From assembly GCF_004010195.1 (NCBI RefSeq), contig NC_057728.1:53464174-53528173 (forward strand): a DNA stretch of 64,000 nucleotides. Direction: 5' to 3'. Shown piece after piece: positions 51,260 to 64,000 of the stretch. The notes below the pieces were generated by a model, which had not been told where the DNA came from, ran no database searches, and was given only the letters and a program-made list of their open reading frames with translations. Positions within the stretch are counted from its first letter, which is position 1. Each line of letters opens with the position of its first letter. The stretch comes from Chiloscyllium plagiosum (Eukaryota). A program made the translations under genes and the position numbers.

Positions 51260-52400
51260 AGTTCAGAAAGCTACAGCAAAGCGAGATTTGGGAATTCCCG
51301 TGCATAAAAGCTGGGATACACATTCAGCTGGTAATAGGGAAGGAAATGGAATTTTGCCATTATTTCAAAGGCAATGGAGTATAAATGTAGGGAGGTCTTG
51401 CTTAAATTATACTAGGCATTTTTCTGACCATGTGTAGAACATTGTGAACAGTTTTAATCCCTTCATTTAACAAAAGATATATTGGTGTCGGAGACAGTCC
51501 AGAGAAAGTAGAGCCTGGATGTGGAGGGATTTTAAGTTTGGCTTGAACTCAGTGAGTTTAGAAGGACTAGAGGTGACCCTATTAAAGCATGCAGGATTCT
51601 TAGAGGGCTTGACAGGGTAGATGTGAAGCAATTCTTTTCCCGTTCTGGAAGAATCTGTGACCACAGTGCATAATCTTAAAGAAAGACATCACTCATTTAA
51701 AACAGAGATGAGGAGGAACTTCTTCTCTCAGAGGATAGCAAATCTGTGGAATTCTTTACTACAGAGGGCTACAGATGTTGAGTCATAGAGCCATACACCA
51801 TGGAAATAGGCCCTTAAGCCCAACCTGTTCATACTAAGCAGGTTTTCTAAACTGAACTAGTCCCAATTGCCTGCATTTGTAATTAGATACATTGTTTGAC
51901 CACCTTGTGAACAGGTGGTTCTTCTTCTCATGAAGTCCTTCTTTTTGACCAGAATAATGTTTTGCTGAGTGCAGTGAAATATCTGCTTAAATGTCTGCCA
52001 CTGTTCATTAAACAATAAGATAAAGGTGCAGAATTAGGTCATTCCTCCCACTGAGTCTACTCCAGTATTCGATCATGGCTAGTATGTTTTCAAACCCCAT
52101 TCTTGTGCCTTCTCCCCGTCCACACACTGACCCTCTCCTGAGTGTATTTTGGTCCAGAGGCCAGTGAGAAATGACCCAAAGTGCATTGGTGAACATGATC
52201 CAGGCAATCATATCACGTTCATATAGAAAGTTTTTAATTATATGCAAGGCTGAGATAGACAGTGCACTTCCTGAGGGCTGTCAGATCAAGGGTTATGGGA
52301 AAAAGGCAGTAAAGTGAAGTTGAAGATTATCAGATCAGCCATGATCTCATGGAATAGCACAGAGGTCTTCATGGGCTGAATGGCCTAATTTTGCTCCGCC
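51260..52400 (+). mobile_element. Degenerate CR1 3' fragments
   Basis: agaggtgacc..., gagatgaggaggaacttcttctctcagagg and CR1 tail. Confidence 0.75.
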
Positions 52401-52451
52401 ATTTTATGAACTTGTGTCATAAACTGAAGGAATGTTTAACATTTTTAATAG

Positions 52452-52695
52452 GGTTTGGTCTTGTCGAAGTTACTTTCCGATTTTTGATCAAATTGGCAGA
52501 AGTGGTCAGGTTAAATACAATGACCTTACTTCATATTCCTTATGGAGAGTTCCTTCAAAAGAAGCCTGAAATATCCAGTGTACAATGTCCTCCCTTTGAA
52601 TATAGGTCCCTGTTGTGAGTGTGGGGTCCGTGAATGTACACTTACATTCTTGAGTATATTTATGAAGTATGTATATTATTCTAATAAATAAAAAG
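52452..52695 (+). other. Candidate host terminal exon (unidentified gene)
   Basis: Acceptor tttttaatag; unique-looking sequence with two open frames (VWSCRSYFPIFDQIGRSGQVKY..* or ..PPFEYRSLL*); overlapping AATAAA signals at 52683-52692. Confidence 0.25.
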
Positions 52696-55600
52696 CAATG
52701 TTTGTACTTATATAGTGTCATTCATGGAGGCCACAAAACTCCCCAGTGCCGTTAAAGTACTTCCCCAGCGTAGCCTCTTTGTAATGCAAGAAAATTTGGC
52801 AATTTGTGTACAGCAAGCTCACACAAAGCACTTACATGCGAGTTAAATATTGATCATGATAGTAGAGAGCTTTGTCACTGGAAGCTTCATTTCATAATCA
52901 ATCAATCTGAGACAGCCAGTTTAATGTTGCATCTAGAAACCACTGTTTGCAGGAGATCTTACTGACATTTTAAGAATTCTTGCAGTGTGCTTAAAAAAAC
53001 ATTTTATTAATTCATAGGATATGAACATCACAGAGAAGAAAAATATTTATTGCCCATCTGATTTGCCATAGAACTGTGCAGTTATAAACTATTTCAGAGG
53101 GGAGATAGGAGCCAATTACATTGTTGTGGATCTGAAGTCATGTGCCAGCCAGATTAGGTGATGATATAGACAAACATTTGAATCAGGATTAGACCATTCA
53201 GCCCTCAAGTCTGCTATGGCATTCAATATAATCATGGCTGATCTGATTGTTACCTCAAATTCACATTTACACTTAGCCCTGATAGCCTTTCAACATCTTG
53301 GGAGGCTTATTTTCAAACATTAACATCATTAATATTATGTCACCTTGTTTCATCATGTCCCATTTTCCCACCCACTGGATAGAAACCAGCTGACGGCAAT
53401 TCCCAAAGTAAAAGTTAGGGCAGCTACCTTGCAACTCACCGTTTTGCTCCTCCATCTTGAAAACCAGTCACCAAACCTCGGACAGATTCCATGGGCAGTG
53501 ATCACACACACCCCTCCCACCTCCATACCCAACAGGACCACCAGGATCCCATTAGTAAAGCAAGGTGCAAATTTCCCGCTGTCTAACAAGTCTAGGACAA
53601 TTCAAAATGGAGGGCAGCTGCGGACTGCCAACAATTGACCAGATGCAAGGCTGGGCATCAAATTTGATGCTGGTGTGAGGAATTCTGGGAGGTCCTAGCA
53701 GCAGTCAGTACTTCACCTGTGGTGAGTGGGATGAAATAGGAACTTGATGCGTAGGTAGTTTGAGGAAACAGCATGAGAAACTTTACTAGGGCCTGTGGAG
53801 AGAGAGCTTCCTTGAAAGTCACCAAAATTAGCTCTTCAATTGATTTCTGGTAAATTTAGCTCATGGACTCTGCTTTCATCACCTTTTCCAGGGCACAGTT
53901 CCAAAATCTCATGCCTCTGAGAGAAAAGAATTTCACCTAAGCCCTGTTTTAAATGGGCGACCCCGATCCTTAAGCAGTAACACCTTGTTTAGATTCTTCC
54001 ACAAGAAGAAACATCCTTTCCACATTTAACCTGGTAAAACTCCTCAGGATTTATATGTCTCAATCAAGTTTAAAATTCTAGCAGATACAAGCTTGACCTA
54101 TCCACCCTTCCTTTTATTCTGGGTATTAGGCTAGTTAACTTTCTCCAAACTGTCTCAAATCCAGTTACATTCTTCCTTAAATGAGATGAACGATACTGTG
54201 CAGATTTCCTTCCCTGAACAGCATTAGTGAACCAGATGGGTTTTTATAACAAACCAGTATAGTTTTATTGTTATGATTAATGAGAATGTATTATTTAATT
54301 AAATTCAAATTTAGTGGTATTGTCGTGGTATTTGAACTCTTACCCCTGGAGACAGATGCCCAGTTTCTGAATTACCATTCCCTGATTGAAGACTTTGGGG
54401 TATTTTTGTTCTTGGTTTCTGAGTTCAGGCAAAAGCTATGAGTGAGGGAGAGTGATGCTGCTTGATTGTACTAACAGAGTTTGTTCCATTCTGTCTGCCT
54501 GAGTCAGTGAGGAGGGAGTAAATGAAGCCTGTGTTGTAAAGGCCTCCAAGGTAGAGCTGCAGGCAGCTGGCAATTCTCTGAGTCTGGGCAAAGGCCATCC
54601 TCCATATGTGGCTGAAACAGATGTGTGATCTGAATTGATTTCAATGATCCACAATGCCTATATTCAATGCATATCCTACTAAGCCTGTTTTTAGACAATG
54701 ACAGGATGAATCGGCTACCCTAAATGTTATACTTAAATATCCTTGCATCTGGTTTATATCCTGACTCCAGGAACGAATGTTCAGAAAACAGCTGGGATTC
54801 CTTACCCAGTTGTTCAACAATATGAAATGTCACTACTGAATAAAATTAGCTGATCTGAAGCTTTTTTCACCATCATTCCATGTGGTTCCATTTTAATTTG
54901 CATCCTTTTCAAGTGGTGACATTTTGAATAATTCCATCATGTTCAGTAAAATAATTTGATCTGTGGCTCATATTAGACCATTAATTGCATCTTGAGCAGC
55001 TGTTACAAATTCTTGTCTTCCCCCCCGCCCCACCACTCCACCCCCAACAACCCCTCCTCTGAACATGAAATGTGGAGGTGTCCGCTATTTTAGGGTTAAA
55101 ATAAAAGAACTTCCATCAGTGTCTATATATTAGGCTGCCTTATTAAAACACAGCATGCAAGCACAGCCAATCTGTAACAGGCAAACAATGGTGTAGGAGA
55201 GATTGCTGAAAAGTGGGAAGTGTGTCTACAAATTAAGCTCTGCTGTGCATGTAAAAGTAAAAGGTTAAAGATAGACCCTGGAGAGCTTTTAGTTGCTGCT
55301 TAGTTTCAGGAACTCAAGATTGGATGAAAGCTATTTAAAATATCCAGCATTCTCTTTAGCAGGAGCAAATTCTTATAAAGGAAAAAGCCGTTCAAAGGAG
55401 TGAAGTGCTGAAGTTCTGAGATCCAAGGTAAACTGTTCTTACACATTTTAAAAGTATAAATCAGATTTTTTCAGATAATTGTGGGTAAATTCTCAATGTG
55501 AAGCACACACACATTAGTGCCATACACTATCGCATCTGAAAAGCTCGGCAAGATTTATTGGTCTGATGTGGATTTGTCTATCATTGCAAAAGAAACATCT

Positions 55601-57782
55601 TAAAAGACTGGTTGATTGAATACTGTCATTAAATTGTCAGAAATACGTAAAATTGGGTTTGGATGATTTCGATAAAAACCATTAATTGTAGGTTTTCAAA
55701 TTGCTTTTTATTTTATAATTATGAACATCATCATTGCAGTTTTTTCATGTTTCTTTAACTCTGGAACATTTGGGACAAATAACCATCTGATTTATACAGG
55801 TGAAAGCAGATTTAATAAGCAAGGTCTAGAATTCTGTCTAGAATTTAAACTCATCCCTTCTTTTAAATCCAAAACCATCACCGTAATAGCAATCTGAATA
55901 TGCTGCTGAGTTGAACTCTCCACTTGCTTTCTAGAAACTCTTGGCTCGAATTTTATGATGTACACAGGTCCTCATTGAGAAAGTATCAATTTGAGAAAAA
56001 TGCCTAGATATAAATTTGTTTTTTTTTGATAAATGTGTTCCAATTGCTGGACAAGCTCCCAAGGAAGGAAAGGTTTAGTCTTAACAGATAGAGCAGCCCA
56101 GGTAATTGGAATGCTAAGCTAGTGTTTGAGATTATACAATTAAATGCAGCACATGTGGGCTCAGATGTAGTGACTCACTTCTGACAAAATATGCTTCGAC
56201 ATTGTCAATCTTACCCTTGCTGATTCAGTGTGAACCTCAGTGGAGGACAGCAAGTGAGCTGTCATCGCTTTGCAAGTTTTCTGCAGTTTCCCAATGTGTT
56301 ATCTTTCTATAGCATTCAGTTTATCTTCTCTCATCCTCCATCCCAACATTCACCAGTGTCTTTTACATGTCTATCCTAGTGTACATTCACACCACCACTT
56401 TAAAAGAAAGGGTGCATACATTTAATGTTCTTAATTTTAATCAAGTGGCCTCAAAAAGATGGTCTGGAGCACAGAACAACATAGTGGTGTGCGTTAATGG
56501 GCTTCTTGAGTTACCATAAAGTTGAGAATTTCATTTTCGAGGGAGGGGGTGATAGGAAGAGATTTACTATTTCCTGCCATTTACTCTCAATCTAAAGTTT
56601 ATTTATTCTTTAATTGAAAGCAATGGTTACAGTATATGTCATAGTGACTTCATGGAGCCTTTCTCTATATTGAACTGATTATTGATTCAGTTGTTTAAAC
56701 ATTTTCCACTTTAATCAATGTAATAGCTAATCAGGCAAACTAAGGACCGAACAACAAAGTTCTCAGTTACAGGTTATTTTTACTTAAGTTTTCTTTCTTT
56801 ACTCATAAGGTCAGAGAGTTAATCAGAGAAATCAATTATTTATTTCTGTATTACTAATTGTTGAAAGCTTATCCATCAGGACTGACTAAACTGCCTTTTT
56901 GAACTGTACAATGACATTTGATCTTCAGGTTTGTAATGGAGAAAATGTACTCATAAGAAAATTCAATCCAGATGATTTTATGTTTCAATAAACATAAACA
57001 CGTGTATATGCCTTTCTTGCCTTTAGACATGAACAGCTTTGCTGTCTGGTTTAATATATACCTTTGAAATTTGGAATTCAGCCTAACACAAATCCTGTTT
57101 ACCAATCATTCCTGTGTTCACTGACTAATAGTGCCTCGATTTTAAAATTCTCATATTTCTTTTCAAATTCTTTCAAGTCCTTGCCCCTGTAATCCCTGTA
57201 ACCTCTTCTAGATTCTCCAAACCTCTGAAATATCCATGCTCATCCAATATAGGCTTGAACATCCTTCATTTTAATTGTTCCACCATTGGTGGCAACAATA
57301 AGCATTATCACTCCATTACAGTCAACTTTATGGCCTGGGCTCTTCTCTCTTATTTAACTTCTTTTTCCCTAATCATTCTGTACAGCAATACTATTACACA
57401 CCTCCGGAGCTTGAATCCAGGCCATCCAGTTCAAGGGTAGGGACACTACCATTGCTCCACAAGAGAGTGTCTGGTCTGGGCTCTTTTTTTCATCTGATAG
57501 AGATGCTGAGCATGCTTTTTAAAAAATCTAACCTATTTTTCTAACCATCCTGCTCAGAGATACTATTACACATCTCTGGAGTAGGTAGGACTTGAACCCA
57601 AGCTTCCCAGTCCAAGGACATGGATACTATCACAGCACCACATGAGGGCCTCAGGTCTGTGTTATATCATTCAACAAATTGATTGACTTCAGCTGACTGC
57701 ACCGTCTATTCATGAATTCCTTCCCCAAATCTTTCTGCGTCTCTCTCTGCCTCCTTTAAATCTCTCCTTCGCATCTAAATCT

Positions 57783-57920
57783 ATTCCTGTCTATTCCTGA
57801 AGAAGGGCTTATGCCTGAAACGTCGATTCTCCTGTTCCCTGGATGCTGCCTGACCTGCTGCGCTGTTCCAGCAACACATTTTCAGCTCTGATCTCCAGCA
57901 TCTGCAAACCTCACTTTCTC
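57783..57920 (+). mobile_element. Family A HHR element
   Basis: cctgaagaagggcttatgcctgaaacgtcga; 11-bp TSD catctaaatct at 57772-57782 and 57921-57931. Confidence 0.88.
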
Positions 57921-58394
57921 CATCTAAATCTTTGACCAAGCTTTGCATTTCCTCATCTACTATCATCTTACTTGACTCAGACTTTTATTTGATAATTACT
58001 CCTGTGAACCATTGTGGGATAGTGTAGCACACTAAAATACTGTAACAAGAGTTAATAATAAACTAATAACAAATTAATTAATAAAGTTAATAATACCAGA
58101 AAGCACATCAAAACATGACAGCTGCAAGACCAGGTATGTTTCTCAGCCCTGGACAACACAGAGTTTTCTTGCCCTGGGTTATTCTCATTTCCCCTTCCCT
58201 CCTCTGAGTTATCCTGTCTATTCCCATTGCTCACTGCACCTGAGCCACTTATTCCAATATGGTTTTGAACAATGAAAGAAGGAAAACATCTGAATTTCTA
58301 TTATGCCTTAGACTACCTCAGGTTTACAGATGATGATGTATTTGAGAAACATAATAACTGTCGCGACATTGAAAATGTGGTTAACAAATTGCAC

Positions 58395-58680
58395 ACAGTG
58401 AGGTCCCACAGGAAGCACTGTTATAGTCACACAGATAATCTGCATTTAATTATACTGATTAAGGGATAAATATCGACCAGGGTACTAAGTAAAACACCTC
58501 CTGCTCTGTTTTGAAACAGTGACGAGATCTTTTACATTGCCCTGAGAGGGCAGGTGTGGCCTTGAGTAAACATAATGAAAGATGGAACCTCTGACAGGGC
58601 AGCACTGCCTCAGTATTCAACAGGAGTTGGTAACCGAGGTGATGTGCTCAGCTCCCTGCAGTGGGTCTTGAAACTGGACT
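58395..58680 (-). mobile_element. Deu-domain SINE (SacSINE1/AmnSINE-like), degenerate
   Basis: Complement of Deu-domain-like motifs (cctgagagggcag, gcagcactgcctcagtatt). Confidence 0.55.
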
Positions 58681-61600
58681 CATTAAGTTGTTGATAAACA
58701 TCAATTTCTTTTGGTGTGCTAAAATCTACTAGCTGAAATTCTCACCAGATGCATTACTTTTCCAAGAAGCAGGGTACCAGGGGAATGTCTTTACCACCCA
58801 GCTCGTGACTGCTTTAGTGACTCATCTGAACGTTTCAATGCAGTGTGGAGTAGACCAGGTGTTGCACATATTCCTGTTGATGGCTTACTCCAGGAGAAGA
58901 GTCACAATGTGACTCCATGCATAGTAAAGCTTTAGTTTTGAGACATTCTTCTCTCAGGATATTTTCCATTTGATTTTTTTAATAATAACTGCCCCTATGG
59001 TGTGTGTAATTTGCTAGTCTCCTTTTATTTCCATCTTTTCCTTGTGACTGAGTCACTGTTATTTCGCATTACTGCCTCCAGTATCACTCCCAGCTCCTTG
59101 TGCTATTTCCTCATGTTCCTTATGGGAGGCTTCTAAAGGTCAAGACTGATTGAATCAATGCCAAATGAATGAACTGGTTTGAAAACTGCCTTATCAAAAG
59201 AGAACAATAGTAACAAATGGCAGCAGCTCTCCCTGGGATGTAGAGCTTGCTGATGTCTCATGTTACTTTTTTCCGGCTTTCCTGCTCTTCCCACCATCAT
59301 TGCTAATATGGAAAGAAAGAAAAATAAAGAAGCTGAATCTTTCCAGTATTTTTCACTGTCTCAAGGCAATGTTTAACTCAGCAGCACAATTGGTTAGCCA
59401 GGGTACTTTAATGAGATTTTAAAATCATTTAAAGCTGACTTATAACAAAGGCCATTCACCCCAATGAGGCAATTCCATCATTCGGGGAGATAGTGGCATG
59501 GCAGCAAAAACATTAAACTTACCAAGCAGAAACTCAGGCTAAGTGTGTAGGGATGTATATTTCAAACCTACAAAGAAAGTTAATGGAATTTAAACCCAGT
59601 CAATAAAGTTTGGAAATGAAAACTAGTAATGGTGATTGTCAAACTATCTTTGATGATCATAAACACATCTGGTTTTCAAATATCATTTCGAGAACAAAAT
59701 CTGCCATTCTTACCTGGGCTGGCCTGCTTGTGACTCCAGATGCAGGGCAATGTAATTTACTTCTAACTACCTGTATTCCTATGTCCTATCACTGCCTTAC
59801 AAAATACAAAAAATTGATCCTTCAACTTTTATAAAGAAATTTATGCAACCAATCTTTATCATCTGAATCTTGAAATCCTGGTAACAACTTGGTGAATGCA
59901 TGAGTCACTTTAAGCTAATGTATATTTTCTAGGGGCCGGCGTCCAGAAATGTGCACAGTACCCAAAATGTGATCTCTATAAGTACTTTAGTTCCTTTCAT
60001 GTCCTCAGGATATTCCCAAGTAGTTCACTGCAAATGAAGTGAACTATTATCGGAGGCAAATTGCACACAGTGAGGTCCCAAAAGGAGAAAGTGATAGATA
60101 ATCAGTTAATAGGTGTGTGATTGGTCTATGGTAGTGTGAGAAAATGGATTCACTGTGAACTGGGAGGTCCATTTGGCACATTGTTTGATAGATAGAAAAC
60201 AAAATCAAGTGTGACTTGCAAAAGCTATCAACTCCAAAGAAGAGCCATGTTGGAACTGAAATGTTTCTGTTTCTCTGTCCACAGATAGAGGAAGGCCTCC
60301 TAAGTTTCTCCAGCACTTTCTGTTTTTATTGCTGATTCAATGATTTGGCTGAGGTCAATTTCAAGCCCAATCTGCTTCTTTGCAATGGCAGTTGAGAGAT
60401 AATATTTTAATTTGTTATGAATGTGGGCATTGCTGGCCAGGTCAGCACTTTTTGCCCATCCCTAACTGCCCTTGAGAAGGTAGTGGTGTCCTGCTTTCTT
60501 GAAATGTTGCAGTCCATGTGTTGTTGGTATACCCACAGTGCTGTCACAGCGAGAGTCCCAGGATATTGTTCCAGCATCAGTGAAAGAATGGTGAATTAAT
60601 GCCATTGACCAGGAGAATGGGAAAACCCTTCCTGCACTTCACACAATGCCATGAATCTTGTTTACATCCAGTTAAGCAGATAGTCAGGTTTTCGTCAGTC
60701 TTGTAGCAAAGTATCAGCTGAAGTTACATGTGCACCTCTCCTGGAGTGGCTTGAATTCATGGTTTCCTGCCTCAAATGTCAGGATGCATCACCAAGTCAA
60801 TGTTGATACTTTTGCATTGTGCAAGAGTTGGTGGTGTAGTGGTAATATCACTGGTCTGCTAATTTGGAGGCATAGGTAAATGGTTTGGGGACTGTGGTTA
60901 AAATCATGCACAGCTATTTGATAGAATTTAAATTCAGCTAAACAGATATGGAATTGAAAGTTATTCACAGTAATGGTCATTATGAAGCTATCACTGGTTT
61001 ACTAATGTCCTTTAGAGAAGGGAATCAGAGCAATGTGAGTGAGTCCTCACTGATGTCTGAAATGGCCTGAGCAAAGCCACATGAGAGCAATGGGGAAAAG
61101 GCAATAAATTCAGGACTTTCCGACAACACCCATATCACATGAAGAAGAAATTAGAATTGAGTACCGCAGAAAAGCATAGCTTGGTGTGAGATGAAATGAA
61201 AATATTTTTGTTTGTGTTTTCTTTGTTCTTAAATATTTATTAGTCATTTCCAGATTGTGTTCAGAGGATGAGTGTGCTTGATCATTTCAGAGGCCAACCA
61301 TGTGAGATGGAACATGAGTCATGGGTAACACAGATAGGTAGCAGCTGACAGTTTTCTTCCCCAAAGAACATTATTGAAGCTGTTGGGTTTCTTTAACTTC
61401 GATAACTTTTATTGTCTTTCATTCTGTTGCCAGCCCCCTAATTATCAGACTGATTGGTCGATTTATGAATTCAAGATGTGTGGATTGTTGGTCTGGGACA
61501 ATAATTGCTTTGCTGGTGAATCCTGTTTAGTTTACATTAACGGCAAATTCATTTCAATGTACATAATAGCTGTTGGGAAAAATAAAGTGGATGATTAGAG

Positions 61601-61729
61601 AAATATATGTTGATAACATGGTATATAAGAGATTATTGGTCACTTATCACCAGCATTCAGTGAATGTATGACTGCTAAAGACAAGTTTAATTAATATATT
61701 TTAAGTGTATTCAATAGTGTCAAAATAAG

Positions 61730-62010
61730 TACTCACACCCATGTGTCTGAAGATTTTGGGTCAAGATCCAGGCAAGACACTTTGCATCAAATCTAGGTGG
61801 AGATTCCCAGTGAGGTCCTGAGGGAGTGCTGCACTAATGGAGGTGCATTATTTTTGGTTGCAAAGTTAAACCAACACCTCCCCTGCTCTCTCAGGCAGAT
61901 GTGAAAGATCCCATTGGGGAATTCAGAGAAGAACAATTCTCCCAAATGCTCAACTTATACTTCATCCAAGATCACTAAAACGTTGTCTGGTCATTATCTC
62001 TCTGCTGTGG
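61730..62010 (+). mobile_element. Deu-domain SINE, degenerate
   Basis: ctgagggagtgctgcact..ggaggtgc..gttaaacc..ctctcaggcagatgtgaaagatccc. Confidence 0.6.
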
Positions 62011-62285
62011 GTTACTGTCTACAAAGAACAGGGCCCTTTGTATTAATCTGTGTAGCTTCTAGTACATACAAGTGTGACATACTGCAAACATGACTGAAAT
62101 CCTAAATTGGTTGTCAGAAACAACATATCCTTACACTGTACCTGTTTCAACTCAGCAAAATAGACAACAGCTGAGGTTCACTGTCAGGGCAATCTTGATC
62201 AATCAGAGTCAACCTGCCTTGTTTAAAATCTAACTAAAGTTTGACTGTTAACTGTCAATAATCATCAACTGGTGCATCTCCACAG

Positions 62286-62996
62286 TGTTACGTCACAGGG
62301 TAAACCTTCCTGCTTAACTTAAACCAGCAATGCAGAAAAGATTTATCCTGTGCAGTAATCTGTGAAAATTAGAGAGGCCACGACCTATTTAAAGTAAAAA
62401 TTAACAACTTTATTTCTTAAAGTATAACAGAGAATAATTAACCAACAACTATTTACAATGCCTTCCTCTAACCTATCTGTTACTTTCCTTCTATCATACT
62501 AGTCCAATAAAACCCCAGATGAAGATTTACCAAAAATTCAACTTTTCAAAACCTGCCAGATGTGAATTTTCTCTTTATGTCATCATCCATCTTCTTTTCT
62601 TCTTAGGGATTTCTGTTTCACTGATCAATAAGGGTATCTTTAAGAGAGCTATTCTCTGGGCAGTCTGCAGATGCAGGTGGCTTGGCAGTTCTCCTCCCAA
62701 CTGTTCAGTTTCCCCAGTGTTATATCCCCCCCCCACAAAGCATCAGATTGTGTCATTGGCTTTTAAGATTGTCAATATACTAAATTCAAGCTGGATTGAA
62801 TATTGGTATTTTTTAGAATATAATTTAAACTGATTGGCCTAATTTGAATCTGTTCTGTCATTTCCAGGCAACCAGCTACCCTAGCTACCGGCCCAAAAGA
62901 TTACATTGTATCTTGTTAAGAACACTTGGTGCTATCAGGTAGTTCTGCTAGCTTTTATCTCTCTTAAAGGTACAATACACCCACATCTTCATAACA
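62286..62996 (-). repeat. 3' LTR of Gypsy element
   Basis: TGTTA...TAACA termini; PPT (aaagggggagc on minus strand) adjacent at 62997-63010. Confidence 0.85.
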
Positions 62997-64000
62997 GCTC
63001 CCCTTTAAAAAAAGAACCATCATAATGAAAAGATGGCTGCATTTTTTCTCTATTCTTTAAACACATTACCTTACTATACCGATAACTTTAATCTAAGTTC
63101 ACCTTACCTCTTTCCCCGTAACTGTAAATATGTATAACATTAAATAAACACAAACCTCATCTTAAACTTTATCAGTTAAATCCGCAATAAGGCATCTTCT
63201 ATTACATTCTTATAACCCGCAATATGTATGATTTTTAAAATAAAAGTCTGTAACATGAGACCCCAATGAAATAGTCTCATATTCTTGACTTTAAAGCATT
63301 CTAAGAATGTAAGACGATTGTGATTCGTGTACACCACCGTCTCCAACACATTGTTCGTGACATACACATTAAAATGCTATAAGGTTCTTTTTCAATTGTG
63401 GAGTATTTCCTCTGATGGATGTTGATCTTCTTCAAAAAGTGACCAACTAACAATTCAATCCCATCCTTATCTTCCTGTAGTAATACAGTTCCAACTCCTA
63501 TGTCACTAGCATTGATGGCAACTTTAAAAGGCTTTGAAAGGTTTGGTGTAGCTAAAACTGGTTTGGTGGTTAATATTGATTTCAGATCGTTGAATGATGC
63601 CTGGTATTGCTCTGTCCACCGAAGCTTTGTGTTCTTCTTCAGCAAATTGGTTAACAGTGTCACTATGCTGCTGAAGTTTGGAACAAACTTCTGATAGAAT
63701 CTGCTGAGTCCTAAGAATCAAAGCATCTCTTTTTTCAAGGTTGGTTGTGGAAATTCCTCGATGGCCTTTGTCTTTGTCTTCTGTGAGGTCAACCTTCCAT
63801 GACAGATGTTATGTCCCAAGCACATCACCTCTGCTTTCGCGAATTTCATTTTATTTAAGTTTATCACCAGTTTTGCTTCACATAGTGGTTCCAAGAGCTC
63901 TGTCAACTGTACCATGTGATCTTTTCAGGACTGACTAAAGATCACTACAATGCCCAAATAGATTGTACAGTTTGTTAACTCAGCCACAACTCTGTTCATG
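62286..64000 (-). mobile_element. Gmr1-type Gypsy LTR retrotransposon 3' end (RT-RNase H, then PPT/LTR)
   Basis: KPFKVAINASDIGVGTVLLQ, KYSTIEKE, VYTNHNRLTFL, HIAGYKNVIEDALLR*. No integrase between RNase H and the LTR. Confidence 0.88.

Noticed and set aside
1..64000. CRISPR arrays, rRNA, prokaryotic operons
   Set aside because: None seen; the sequence is vertebrate repeat-rich DNA.

Overview
Repeat-dominated vertebrate genomic DNA, almost certainly from a cartilaginous fish (shark), inferred from HE1-type tRNA-derived SINEs and abundant CR1/HER1-like LINEs. Bases 1-7607 hold a decayed but nearly complete endogenous retrovirus (gag-pro-pol-env, PPT, 3' LTR; the 5' LTR lies upstream of the window). 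It is a mosaic: spuma/class III-like RT motifs, a two-zinc-knuckle Gag, and an Env whose TM subunit aligns without gaps to filovirus GP2 as I recall it. The rest is a nested landscape of CR1 fragments (one near full-length), a Penelope-like RT/GIY-YIG fragment, two Gmr1-type Gypsy LTR elements and SINEs. It also holds at least three families of short, often palindromic, TSD-flanked non-coding elements carrying minimal hammerhead-ribozyme cores (Penelope-derived, retrozyme-like). There are three N gaps. No host protein-coding gene could be identified with confidence; only weak exon/promoter candidates. Boundaries of degenerate repeats are approximate.
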